A stretch of 64,000 bases of DNA from contig CAKZRW010000027.1 of NCBI GenBank assembly GCA_937148845.1, positions 3,555-67,554 on the forward strand, given 5' to 3'. Each line of letters begins with the position of its first letter. The stretch's first letter is position 1. Source of the DNA: an uncultured Actinomycetes bacterium (lineage in GTDB: Bacteria; Actinomycetota; Thermoleophilia; RBG-16-64-13). Shown here one piece after another: positions 9,559-18,553 of this stretch. The notes under the pieces were generated by a model. The model was not told the origin of the DNA and did no database searches. It worked only from the letters and a program-made list of their open reading frames with translations. Both the position numbers and the translations under genes were made by a program.

Positions 9559-10920
9559 ATGGATCAGATTCTCAGACATATTCTCAGCGTCCGCTTCGAG
9601 GACCTGGAGGAGCAGACAGTACGTCACGCCAAGGACAGGATCATCGACACGGTAGGGTGCCTTGTAGGGGGCGCGTTCGCTACGGGCAATCAACAGCTAG
9701 TGGACCTCATCAAGGCTCGCGGCGGAAAACCAGAAGCGACCATCCTCATGCATGGAGGCAGGGTACCTGCGTCCGAGGCGGCGATGGTCAATTGCATCCT
9801 TTGCAGAAGCTATGACTTCGAGCCGGTCAGCCCTGTCGCAGAGGGTCGGTCGGCCCCGGGCCATGTGTCGGGGACCACCGTCATGACCGCTCTCAGTCTT
9901 GGTGAGAGCGTGGCAGCTAGCGGGCGCGAGCTGCTTACGGCCATGCTCTTGGGCGACGATCTGACGGCCCGTCTTCTGAACACCAGTGAGTTCAGCCTGG
10001 CGCTGGGCTGGGATGGCAACGGCCTAGCCAATGCCCTGGGGGCGACAGCTATTGCAGGGAAGCTGCTCCAGCTCAGCGAGAAGCAGCTGCGGAGCGCTTT
10101 CGGCTTGGCGCTCAACCAGCTGAGCGGTAGTGCCCAGAACATTTGGGAGGGAACCACGGCTTTCAAGTTGCCGCTTGGGCTGGCAGCAAGAAACGGGATC
10201 TTCTCCGCTGAGCTCGCTGCGGCGGGGTGGACGGCCCCCAAGGATGCTTTGCGGGGACCGTTCGGTTACTACCACTTGTTCACGACGGGGATAAGAGACG
10301 AGGAGCTTCTGACCAAGGATCTGGGCAAGAAGTTCTGGAGCGACATGACTTTCAAGCCTTATCCCGGCTGTCGTAGCACGCACGGACTGATCGATTGTGC
10401 GCTCAAGATACTGCATCTTCATCGTCCTGACCCTCGGCGCATACACAGAGTCATCTGCCATGTTCCCTCGCACGCCGGGACTAGCTTTCTAGCCCAGCCG
10501 TGGACGATCGGTGAGTTTCCGCAAGGCAATGCACTTTTCAGTTCCAGGTACGCGGTCGCCACCGCGCTACTCAGGGGGAGCGTCAAGCCGGCTCACTTCA
10601 CTGAGGATGCGATCCGCGCCGCCGACATCAATGAGTTCATCAGGAGAATCGAGGTCGACCACTCGTCTTCCTCTCGCTCGGGATGGGCCCTGACCGTCGT
10701 GACCGAAGACGGGCGGCAATACAGCGCTGAGGTCCGGGTGCCCAAGGGGGACATCCCGGGTAATCCTCTTTCCAGGGAAGAGCTCTTGGCCAAGTTCCGG
10801 GACAACCTCTCGTTTGCCGGGAAGCATTCCTCAAGCGCTGCGGAGCAGCTCCTGGAACTCCTTTACCACCTGGAAACGCTGGAGACTGGGGAAGAGATAG
10901 TTCGGCTGTTGGTGCCTTGA
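9559..10920 (+). CDS. MmgE/PrpD-family protein (2-methylcitrate dehydratase family)
   Basis: 453-aa ORF whose N-terminus (ILSVRFEDLEEQTVRHAKDRIIDTVGCLVGG) and size are characteristic of PrpD/MmgE. Confidence 0.75.
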   Translation: MDQILRHILSVRFEDLEEQTVRHAKDRIIDTVGCLVGGAFATGNQQLVDLIKARGGKPEATILMHGGRVPASEAAMVNCILCRSYDFEPVSPVAEGRSAPGHVSGTTVMTALSLGESVAASGRELLTAMLLGDDLTARLLNTSEFSLALGWDGNGLANALGATAIAGKLLQLSEKQLRSAFGLALNQLSGSAQNIWEGTTAFKLPLGLAARNGIFSAELAAAGWTAPKDALRGPFGYYHLFTTGIRDEELLTKDLGKKFWSDMTFKPYPGCRSTHGLIDCALKILHLHRPDPRRIHRVICHVPSHAGTSFLAQPWTIGEFPQGNALFSSRYAVATALLRGSVKPAHFTEDAIRAADINEFIRRIEVDHSSSSRSGWALTVVTEDGRQYSAEVRVPKGDIPGNPLSREELLAKFRDNLSFAGKHSSSAAEQLLELLYHLETLETGEEIVRLLVP

Positions 10921-13085
10921 TGGTCCTTCCCACTGCGGGCTACGTAGCCTTCTGGGTCCTCTTGGGCCTGGCTCTTGGCGCCTTCGCCTGGAGGGTAGCG
11001 TTCCTGGTACGTCTTCTGCGCCTGGGGAGAGCGGAGGCAGAGGACCGGTTCGCTAGACCTGTGCCCCGTCTGGTGGAGGCCGCCTTATCATTCGTGACCC
11101 AGAAGAGCAATCTGCGGCACCTCGCTCTTTCCGATCTGGCTCCGCTGGGGCACGCGCTGATGTTCTGGGGACTCGGTGTCTTCTTGATCGGCTACTTCGT
11201 TTTCCTGGGGCTGGGGATGGGTCTCGGGCTTCTTCCACTCATAAGCGGGAGCCGTTTCGAGCGCTCCTTCCTCTCAGCGTTGGACCTGGCGGGTTTGTTA
11301 GTTCTGGGCGCCATGTTCTACGTCATCGTGAAGAGATACCTCCTGAAGCCCCGCCGACTGGAGAGACGGGAGACGACCGGCGAAAAGATCGCACACGCGG
11401 GTGTCGTCGCCGTGATCGTAATGCTCGTGGTCCTTCACTATTTGATAGAAGCGTTGGGCTATGCTGGGTCAGACTTGGGCGGCAATTGGCCGCCCCTCGG
11501 TGCTGCCCTAGCCGGTCTGCTGATTGCTAGCAGCGCCTCACCACAGGCTCTCGAGGCGGCGGCCATGGGCCTGTGGTGGTTCAACTACCTGCTCGTCCTG
11601 GGGGCTCTCGTGTACGCGCCGCATTCCAAACATCTGCACCCGCTGTTCATTCTCCCCAATCTCATTTTCCGCCAGCGAGAGCAGAAGGGGGCTCCTCAGC
11701 CAGTCGACCTCAAGGATACACGGGCACTAAGGCGCGAGAAGGTCAACGACCTTACGTGGAAGCAGCTTCTTGACTCCTATGCCTGTACTTGGTGCGGGCG
11801 ATGCCATGTGCGGTGTCCGGCGCAGCTCAGCGGCAAGCCGCTGTCGCCGCGTGAGCTCCTACTGGGGATCAAGGATCACTTGCTCAAAGTCGGGCCGTCG
11901 CTCCTTGGGTCGGGTCGAGGGGGAGGGCGGGCAGACATGACTGGTAAGATTCGGGCGGCTGCTCCCGAGTCCGGCGCGAGCGGTGAGGAAGCGGCATCGT
12001 CACCCAGGGGCTCGCCTCTGGTAGGGACGGTCATCAGCGAGGAGGGGGTCTGGGCCTGTACAACCTGTCTGGCCTGCCAAGAGGTCTGCCCGGCTGCTAA
12101 CGAGCAGATGCGCATCGTCGTGGACCTCAGGCGTCATCTGCAAATGATCGCCACCACGGAGACCGCCAGAGAAACCGTGAAGAACCTGCGGGTCCGCGGC
12201 CATCCCTGGCGAGGGACGACCTACGCCCGCACTGACTGGGCGGAGGGCCTCGACGTCAAGATCCTGGGGGAGGATGGAGTGGCTGACCTCCTCTACTGGG
12301 TTGGCTGTACTCAGGCGCTCGAAGACCGCAACCTCAAGGTGGCACGCTCGGTTGCTCGACTGCTGAAAGAGGCGGGCATCGATTTCGCCATCCTGGGGGA
12401 GGAGGAGACGTGTTGCGGGGATCCGGCTAGACGCCTGGGAGCGGAGCACATCTTCCAGATGCTGGCGCAAGCTAATGTCCGGCTACTCGTTGGCCACGGT
12501 GTACGGAGGATCGTTACTGCTTGCCCCCACTGTTACCAGGTGCTTAAGAACGAGTATCCGGCTTTGGGTGGTTGGTTCGAGGTGCAGCATCACAGCCAGT
12601 TCCTAGCCGAGCTGCTGAGAGGAGGCGGACTCGAGCTGGGCCGCTTGGAGCAGCGGCATCGCGTGAGGGAGAAGGGGTCAGGCAGGGAGCCGGCAGGCCC
12701 CACGCGAATGACCTATCACGATGGCTGTTACCTGGGGCGCTACAACGGCCTCTACGAGCCGCCCCGCGAACTGCTGCGGCAGGTGCCTGATGCAGTCTTG
12801 GTGGAGATGGTAGACAACCGCGGGCACGGTCTTTGCTGCGGCGGAGGTGGGGGGCGCATATGGCTGGAGGAAACCGCGGAGACGCGCGTCAGTTCGTTGC
12901 GTCTGGCCCAAGTCCTGGAGACAGGGGCCTCGGTGCTTGCCACAGCCTGTCCCTTTTGCCTTCTGATGTTGGATGACGCCGTGCGGTCCCAGGATGCGGA
13001 GGACGTGCCCCGCGTCAAGGACATTGCCGAGATCCTGGCGGAACTCGTCGGCGGGTCCTCACTTCCCGATCATCATGCTGGGTAG
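10920..13085 (+). CDS. Membrane-anchored Fe-S oxidoreductase (N-terminal multi-TM His-containing domain fused to an HdrD/DsrK-like 2x[4Fe-4S] + 2xCCG module)
   Basis: About 250 aa of hydrophobic helices carrying conserved His, followed by CxxCxxCxxxCP, CTTCLACQEVCP and CCG motifs (CCGDP, CCGGGGG). The ATG overlaps the PrpD stop (TGATG). Confidence 0.65.
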   Translation: MVLPTAGYVAFWVLLGLALGAFAWRVAFLVRLLRLGRAEAEDRFARPVPRLVEAALSFVTQKSNLRHLALSDLAPLGHALMFWGLGVFLIGYFVFLGLGMGLGLLPLISGSRFERSFLSALDLAGLLVLGAMFYVIVKRYLLKPRRLERRETTGEKIAHAGVVAVIVMLVVLHYLIEALGYAGSDLGGNWPPLGAALAGLLIASSASPQALEAAAMGLWWFNYLLVLGALVYAPHSKHLHPLFILPNLIFRQREQKGAPQPVDLKDTRALRREKVNDLTWKQLLDSYACTWCGRCHVRCPAQLSGKPLSPRELLLGIKDHLLKVGPSLLGSGRGGGRADMTGKIRAAAPESGASGEEAASSPRGSPLVGTVISEEGVWACTTCLACQEVCPAANEQMRIVVDLRRHLQMIATTETARETVKNLRVRGHPWRGTTYARTDWAEGLDVKILGEDGVADLLYWVGCTQALEDRNLKVARSVARLLKEAGIDFAILGEEETCCGDPARRLGAEHIFQMLAQANVRLLVGHGVRRIVTACPHCYQVLKNEYPALGGWFEVQHHSQFLAELLRGGGLELGRLEQRHRVREKGSGREPAGPTRMTYHDGCYLGRYNGLYEPPRELLRQVPDAVLVEMVDNRGHGLCCGGGGGRIWLEETAETRVSSLRLAQVLETGASVLATACPFCLLMLDDAVRSQDAEDVPRVKDIAEILAELVGGSSLPDHHAG

Positions 13086-14366
13086 CCACAGGGTCAGCTG
13101 TGGGAAGGCCACGATGATCCCCAGGAAGACCAGTTCAAAGAAGAGGAAGGGCGTGACCCCCTTCAGTATCTGATTGGTGGGGATGTTGAAGATGGTCCTC
13201 ACCGCGAAAAGGTCTGTGCCCATGGGCGGGGTGATGAGGCCGATCTGGGTGTTGATGGCGAACATGACTGCGAACCAGATCGGATCGAAACCGAGGCTCT
13301 GGATGAGCGGCATGAAGATGGGGATGGTAAGCAAGGTGATGGTGATGGGGTCCAGGATGCAGCCGAGTATGATCAAGATGACGTTGATGATAACGATCAC
13401 CGCGTAGGGTGGTAGCCCAGACGCCCCTACCATGTCTTCGAGTCCGGAGGCCACGTTGGTGCTGCCGAGGACGTAGGTGAAGAAGTTGGCGGCGAAGATG
13501 ATGAACAGGATCATGCCGTTGATCATTGCCGCTTCACACAGGGCCTCCTTCAGTTGTCTCCAGCGCATCTTGAAAAAGACCACGGCGATGAACAGGGTCA
13601 CCACCACTCCCACAGCCGCGGTCTCGGTGGCGGTGGCGATACCGCCGTAGATTGCGCCGAGGATACTACCCATGACTACGACGATGGGCCAGACGCCCTT
13701 AAGGGAACTCCACCTCTCCCGCCAGGGCACCCGGTGCCCTTTTGGAGCCAGTCCGGGTTTGAGATAGGCCATGGCAATAGCGGGAAGAGAGAGGAAGGCG
13801 ATGAGCAACAGCCCGGGTATGATGCCGGCGATGAACAGTTTGCCGATAGAAAGTCCAGCGATGACCCCGATGATGATGAAGGTGGCGCTAGGAGGGATGA
13901 GGGGACCGAGTATTCCGCCGGCAAGCAGAGCGCCAAGAGCATATCCGCGGTTATATCCTGTGCGGTCGAACTCCGGGACAGCGACCTTGCCCACCACAAT
14001 GATAGTGGCAGCGCTGGTGCCGAGGGCGGCTGCCAGCACACCTTCGCCGATGATCCCGGCGGCGACCAGCCCCCCTCGTACCCGGGAGAGCCAATAGCCA
14101 GCCGCTTTGAACACCCCTTCACCCATACCGGAGGTGGCGATGATGGTGCCAAGGAGTACGAAGAGGGGGAGAGCCGTCCACGAGAGATTGAAGGCGGTGC
14201 TGAAAGGAGCGGCCCCGGCCTTGTGCAAGGCTGCCGGCCCATAGCTGAGGAGCGCTCCCACCATTCCAGAGAAGCCCAGGGAGTAGACGATGGGCACACC
14301 CAGCATCATGAGCACGAACAAAGCGGCCACAACGATAATGCCAGTGGTGCCTGGATCAAGTCCCAT
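13059..14366 (-). CDS. dctM: TRAP transporter large permease
   Basis: 435-aa polytopic membrane protein with a typical DctM N-terminus (GIIVVAALFVLMMLGVPIVYSLG). Its 3' end overlaps the convergent upstream gene by 27 nt. Confidence 0.85.
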   Translation of the reverse strand: MGLDPGTTGIIVVAALFVLMMLGVPIVYSLGFSGMVGALLSYGPAALHKAGAAPFSTAFNLSWTALPLFVLLGTIIATSGMGEGVFKAAGYWLSRVRGGLVAAGIIGEGVLAAALGTSAATIIVVGKVAVPEFDRTGYNRGYALGALLAGGILGPLIPPSATFIIIGVIAGLSIGKLFIAGIIPGLLLIAFLSLPAIAMAYLKPGLAPKGHRVPWRERWSSLKGVWPIVVVMGSILGAIYGGIATATETAAVGVVVTLFIAVVFFKMRWRQLKEALCEAAMINGMILFIIFAANFFTYVLGSTNVASGLEDMVGASGLPPYAVIVIINVILIILGCILDPITITLLTIPIFMPLIQSLGFDPIWFAVMFAINTQIGLITPPMGTDLFAVRTIFNIPTNQILKGVTPFLFFELVFLGIIVAFPQLTLWLPSMMIGK

Positions 14367-14369
14367 GAA

Positions 14370-14912
14370 TCAGTCTCCCAATTGGATCCTCGTGTCTTCG
14401 CGGGAGGTGCCTCTTATGACGTGGATGGCCCCATGCACGAGCTGAGAAAGCAAAGTCAAGAACAGCCACCCCATGGTGAGGGGTACGAGGAGTTTCAGTG
14501 GCCAAAGCGGCTCTTGCCAGGCGGACTGGCTGGTTTCACCCACTTTGAACGAGTACAGGAAGATGCCCCAGCTCTTCCAGATCACTACAGACACGAACGC
14601 CAGGGCCAGCACCGTGGTAAAGAGGTCGCTCATGATCGCTTGCCACCTTGGCGGCAGGTGGTTGACGATGAAATCCACGCGGAGATTGCGACGGTTCCAC
14701 TGGATGCCCGGTATGGCGAGCAGGATGCAGGCGACCAGGAAGATCACGCTGATTTCGTAGGTGTAGGGATCGGGGTTGCGGAAGATGTAGCGCTTGCCTA
14801 CTCCGTAGGTAGTGATGAAGCCGATTATGAGGATCAAGATCCCGCTTACGAGCAGGCTCAATTCTCCCACCCTCTTGACTACGGTTTCGGCTTTGAGCAG
14901 AGATCTCCTCAA
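14370..14912 (-). CDS. dctQ: TRAP transporter small permease
   Basis: Hydrophobic, about 180 aa, sitting between dctP and dctM. I trimmed the listed ORF (to 15098) to a TTG at 14912, which follows AGGAGA and lies downstream of the intergenic hairpin. A GTG at 14927 is an alternative start. Confidence 0.55.
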   Translation of the reverse strand: MRRSLLKAETVVKRVGELSLLVSGILILIIGFITTYGVGKRYIFRNPDPYTYEISVIFLVACILLAIPGIQWNRRNLRVDFIVNHLPPRWQAIMSDLFTTVLALAFVSVVIWKSWGIFLYSFKVGETSQSAWQEPLWPLKLLVPLTMGWLFLTLLSQLVHGAIHVIRGTSREDTRIQLGD

Positions 14913-14950
14913 TGTTTCTCCTACCACCCGGAACTTGCCCCGTTTCTGGT

Positions 14951-14979
14951 CCCGCAGCCCCGCTTCGCGGGGCTGCGGG
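14951..14979 (-). promoter_or_regulatory. Intercistronic perfect 13-bp hairpin with a 3-nt loop between dctP and dctQ
   Basis: cccgcagccccgc ttc gcggggctgcggg, 27 nt after the dctP stop and upstream of the proposed dctQ start. Confidence 0.5.
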
Positions 14980-15006
14980 ACATCCAGCGCTACCTCGGGG
15001 ACAGCC

Positions 15007-16071
15007 TCAGTCCTTGTACGGGAACTGCTCGTCGAGCTTCTGGGTGATCTGGCGCACCTGGTCGGCGGTGGCCGGGTCCACCTTGCCGAGGAGCTCATCG
15101 GCGTACGGCTTCAGCCGTTCCGCCCAGCGCTGGCGCTCGGCTCCGGGTAGTGGGTAAACCTCGATACCCAGCTCGGTCATCTTGGCGTAGTTGGTCTTGT
15201 ACAGCTCGATCATATTGGCGTTTATGACGGCCTGCTGGTCGACCTGTCCAAGTTGGTCGATGAGCTTCTTGATGTCGTCGGGCATCTTGTTGTAGACGTC
15301 GAGGTTGATGAACACCCCGATGCTGGCCGGCGTCAGGTAGGCTCGGGTGAGATACTTGCCTACCTCGTTCATTTTGAACATGATGATCATGGAGCCGGAC
15401 TGAAGGGAGGCCTCGATGACCTTCTTCTGCATGGCCTGGTAGCCCTCGGAGAACTCCATGGCCACTCCGCTACCGCCGAGGAGCTCCACTACCTTGGCAG
15501 TCACGGGAGAGATAGTCTGGCAGAGGAGGCCTTTCCAGTCCTCAAGGGTCCGCACGGGCTTGACGCTGATGATGTCAAGACCCTGGCAGGTAAAGTTGAA
15601 CACCGGCTTCATGTTGTGCTTCTCGGTGAGCACCTTGTCGTAGAGCTTCGTCATCTCTACGTTGAAGGCGGCATCGGCCTCGATGCTATTGACCGCGAAC
15701 GGGAGTTCTGCCAGGTTGAACTCTGGCACTATGCTGCCGAACACGGCAACCGGCCAGCCTGCCATCTCCACCGCGCCGGTCCGCACGGCCTCGAAGCTAT
15801 CGGGAAGCGCGAGAAGCTGACCTCCCGGGTGCAGTTCGATGGTATATCGGCCCCCGGCTTGAGCGTTGAACTTGTCAACGTAGTCCTGGATGTTGTTGGT
15901 GACCGGGTCGCCCACCGGCCAGGGAGCAGCCAGCCTTAGAACCTGGCCCTTGGTTTCGGCGCTGGTGGCGGTGGTCGTGGTGGTCTCCTTCTCCTTGCAG
16001 GCCGCCAGCAGACCTACGAGAGTGACGATGAGCAGGAACGCAAGCGCGAGATATAGAGCCCTTCTTTTCAC
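15007..16071 (-). CDS. dctP: TRAP transporter substrate-binding protein (lipoprotein)
   Basis: Lipoprotein signal (LLAAC), a Thr-rich linker and a DctP-family SBP pattern. GTG start preceded by GGGGGGAGAAG. Confidence 0.85.
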   Translation of the reverse strand: MKRRALYLALAFLLIVTLVGLLAACKEKETTTTTATSAETKGQVLRLAAPWPVGDPVTNNIQDYVDKFNAQAGGRYTIELHPGGQLLALPDSFEAVRTGAVEMAGWPVAVFGSIVPEFNLAELPFAVNSIEADAAFNVEMTKLYDKVLTEKHNMKPVFNFTCQGLDIISVKPVRTLEDWKGLLCQTISPVTAKVVELLGGSGVAMEFSEGYQAMQKKVIEASLQSGSMIIMFKMNEVGKYLTRAYLTPASIGVFINLDVYNKMPDDIKKLIDQLGQVDQQAVINANMIELYKTNYAKMTELGIEVYPLPGAERQRWAERLKPYADELLGKVDPATADQVRQITQKLDEQFPYKD

Positions 16072-16226
16072 TTCTCCCCCCTTTGACGATCGACCACTTC
16101 AGATCTTCTGTCGTACTTGACGGAGACTCCTGGTCAAGCCCACCACCTGATCCTAAATCACCCCCCTTTGTCGGAAGCTCTGCCTGTCGACGGAGTCTTA
16201 TCGGTCCGCTGTACTTTCGTAACCCC

Positions 16227-17399
16227 CTAGCCCGCGATGACCACTGGCTGCTTGCCTGGACTGATCGCTCTCTTTAGGGCGGCCTCCTCCAGCTCCACCC
16301 CGAGCCCCAGACCGTCCGGAGGATAGAGGTATCCCGCCTCGTACCGCGGTGGCCGCTTGGCCAGGTCGTTGGGAAGGGGACCGCTCACAGTGTCGTAAAC
16401 GTTGTAGAGGTTGAGCGGCCCGATGGCTTCCTGCTCGATGTGGCCCATCCAGGCTGTCGCGGCGAGAAAGGCCGCCTCCACTGCACAACCCAGTCCGGAG
16501 TTGATCATGCACCCGCACATCACGGGTAGGTTGGCCGCCTGTGCCACCGCCACCCAGCGGCGGGACTTGAGGATTCCGCCCGCTTTGGGGATCTTGAGGA
16601 AGAAGCCGTCAGCAGCCTCTCGCTCAATTATCTGCAGCACATGACCTAGCTCGGCCGCCGACTCGTCGGCGAATATTGGGATCTCGACCTTGCGTCGCAG
16701 CCGTGCGAGCCCGTCGATATCCCACCAGGGTACAGGCTGCTCAGCCAAATAGAGGTCATAGTCTGCAGCCTTGCGCAGCACGTGAAGCGCCTGGTGGTAC
16801 ATCCAGCCCCCGTTGGCATCGATGATCAACTTGACCTCGCTGCCTACAGCCCTGCGCAGGGCGGCGATCATCTCCACGTCCTGGTCCGGGGACTGCGCCC
16901 CCACCTTCAGCTTGAGGGCTCTGAAACCCGCCTTGACTAGAGCGCGGCCTTCCGCTTCTACTGCCTCGGCCGTGCCCGATGACATCACAAAGGCCAGAGG
17001 GATCTTGGGATTGGAGAGTCCTCCCAGAAGCTTATAGACAGGGACCTGCAAAGCTTTGCCCATGAGATCGTGCAGCGCATAGTCCACGACCGCTTTGGAC
17101 TGGCTGTTGGAACGGGTCGCCTTGTCCATCCTGGCCACGATCCGCTCCAGGTTGAAGGGGTCCTCACCCAGAAGGATGTGAGGGGCGAACACGTGCGTCA
17201 GGTTGTACATGATGGAATCCTGACTCTCGCCCATGTACCAGAGAGAGGTGTCGCCTGTCTCGGCCACACCGGTGACGCCTTCGTCAGTGTGGATCTTCAC
17301 CACCACCGCGTCAGCCTGAGTGGCGGCCCCCCCTGACATCACCATCGGCTTGACGAAGGGCAGGGATACCGGGATGCACTCGACCTTGGTGATTCTCAT
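16227..17399 (-). CDS. Mandelate racemase/muconate lactonizing enzyme family protein (enolase superfamily; probable acid-sugar dehydratase)
   Basis: MRITKVECIPVSLPF... N-terminal capping domain and C-terminal TIM-barrel pattern of the MR/MLE family. I chose the second Met (17399) as the start. Confidence 0.75.
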   Translation of the reverse strand: MRITKVECIPVSLPFVKPMVMSGGAATQADAVVVKIHTDEGVTGVAETGDTSLWYMGESQDSIMYNLTHVFAPHILLGEDPFNLERIVARMDKATRSNSQSKAVVDYALHDLMGKALQVPVYKLLGGLSNPKIPLAFVMSSGTAEAVEAEGRALVKAGFRALKLKVGAQSPDQDVEMIAALRRAVGSEVKLIIDANGGWMYHQALHVLRKAADYDLYLAEQPVPWWDIDGLARLRRKVEIPIFADESAAELGHVLQIIEREAADGFFLKIPKAGGILKSRRWVAVAQAANLPVMCGCMINSGLGCAVEAAFLAATAWMGHIEQEAIGPLNLYNVYDTVSGPLPNDLAKRPPRYEAGYLYPPDGLGLGVELEEAALKRAISPGKQPVVIAG

Positions 17400-17592
17400 C
17401 CGTTGCCCCCCTTCCCGATGTCCGGTGACACCCCGCACTTGACGCTGTTGGCCGACGCCTACCGGCCGCGGCCGGCTGCTCCGATGCTCGGCGCTTATTT
17501 AGCACTAATTAACTTATGGCAAGGGTGTCTGTCAAGTGGGTTGGCTTCGGGGACATGCAGGCGCTCCATCACCGGGAGCAGAAGACAGTCCA

Positions 17593-17651
17593 GTTATAGT
17601 TAATAAACTTTAATCAATTGCTTGACCGGGGCGGCTGGCTGCGGCTATAGT
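17593..17651 (+). promoter_or_regulatory. Promoter of the SDR gene (-35 TTGACC, 17-nt spacer, -10 TATAGT) preceded by a 29-bp AT-rich conserved element
   Basis: TTGACC at 17622-17627 and TATAGT at 17646-17651. The upstream element agttaataaactttaatcaattgc is 25/29 identical to the one at 23787-23815. Confidence 0.5.
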
Positions 17652-17732
17652 GCGAAGGAGGTAAGAGGCTGCGCGGTCGGGTTCGACGGGGCTGGCCGGC
17701 AGCTTGTGGTGTCTGACGAGGGAGAGGGTTGC

Positions 17733-18515
17733 ATGGCCAGGCTTTTCGAGGGCAAGGTTGCGTTGGTCACGGGGGGTGCTAGCGGCATCGGCCGGGTGAC
17801 GGCCCAGTGTTTTGCTCGCGAGGGCGCGAAGGTGGTGGTCTCTACTGCACGTAACCTAGCTGGGGGACAGGAGACGGCTCGTCTCATCCAGGAAGCTGGG
17901 GGGGAGGCACGCTTCGTGCGCTGCGACGTGACGCGTGAGGTCGAAGTGCGCAGGTTGGTGGAAGAGTGCACGGAACGGTACGGTCGCCTTGACTTTGCTT
18001 TCAACAACGCTGGAGTGGGCCCCGACGGGGTGCGCATCCCTCTCTACAGCATAGTCGACTGCCCTGAAGAGATCTGGGACGTCACTCTCGACACGAACCT
18101 CAAGGGGGTCTTCCTCTGCCTGAAGTACGAGATGCGAGCGATGATGCAGCAAGGCGGCGGTGCCATCGTGAACACCTCGTCGGCGGCTGCGATCAGAGTC
18201 GATCCCAACTTCTGCGCGTACAACAGCAGCAAGGCTGGCCTCACTGGCCTCACTCGTACGGCCGCTCTCGAAGGTGCCCCCTACGGCATCCGGGTGAATG
18301 CGGTGCTACCGGGGCCGATTCAGAACACCCTCCTGTGGCAGTACCTGACGAGTACTACGCCCGGTGTCTCCGACAAGTTGGTCGCAGACCTGCCTTTGCA
18401 CCGGGTGGGCACCCCTGAGGACGTGGCTGAAGCGGTGTTGTGGCTCTGCTCCGAAAAGGCTTCGTTCATCACCGGACAGTCGCTCTGCGTCGATGGTGGT
18501 TTGACCGTGCACTAG
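17733..18515 (+). CDS. SDR-family oxidoreductase
   Basis: KVALVTGGASGIGR and NNAG motifs. Start at the MARLF ATG after GAGGGAGAGGG. The listed ORF starts at a TTG inside the promoter. Confidence 0.8.
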   Translation: MARLFEGKVALVTGGASGIGRVTAQCFAREGAKVVVSTARNLAGGQETARLIQEAGGEARFVRCDVTREVEVRRLVEECTERYGRLDFAFNNAGVGPDGVRIPLYSIVDCPEEIWDVTLDTNLKGVFLCLKYEMRAMMQQGGGAIVNTSSAAAIRVDPNFCAYNSSKAGLTGLTRTAALEGAPYGIRVNAVLPGPIQNTLLWQYLTSTTPGVSDKLVADLPLHRVGTPEDVAEAVLWLCSEKASFITGQSLCVDGGLTVH

Positions 18516-18553
18516 CCTGTCCGGCGAGCGTTCTCGCTCGGCAGACTCTCCGC

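Noticed and set aside
13554-15047. 497-aa ORF rich in D/E/G/H on the plus strand
   Set aside because: It lies entirely antisense to dctM and dctQ, which have clear family resemblance. Its composition is a typical GC-rich antisense artefact.
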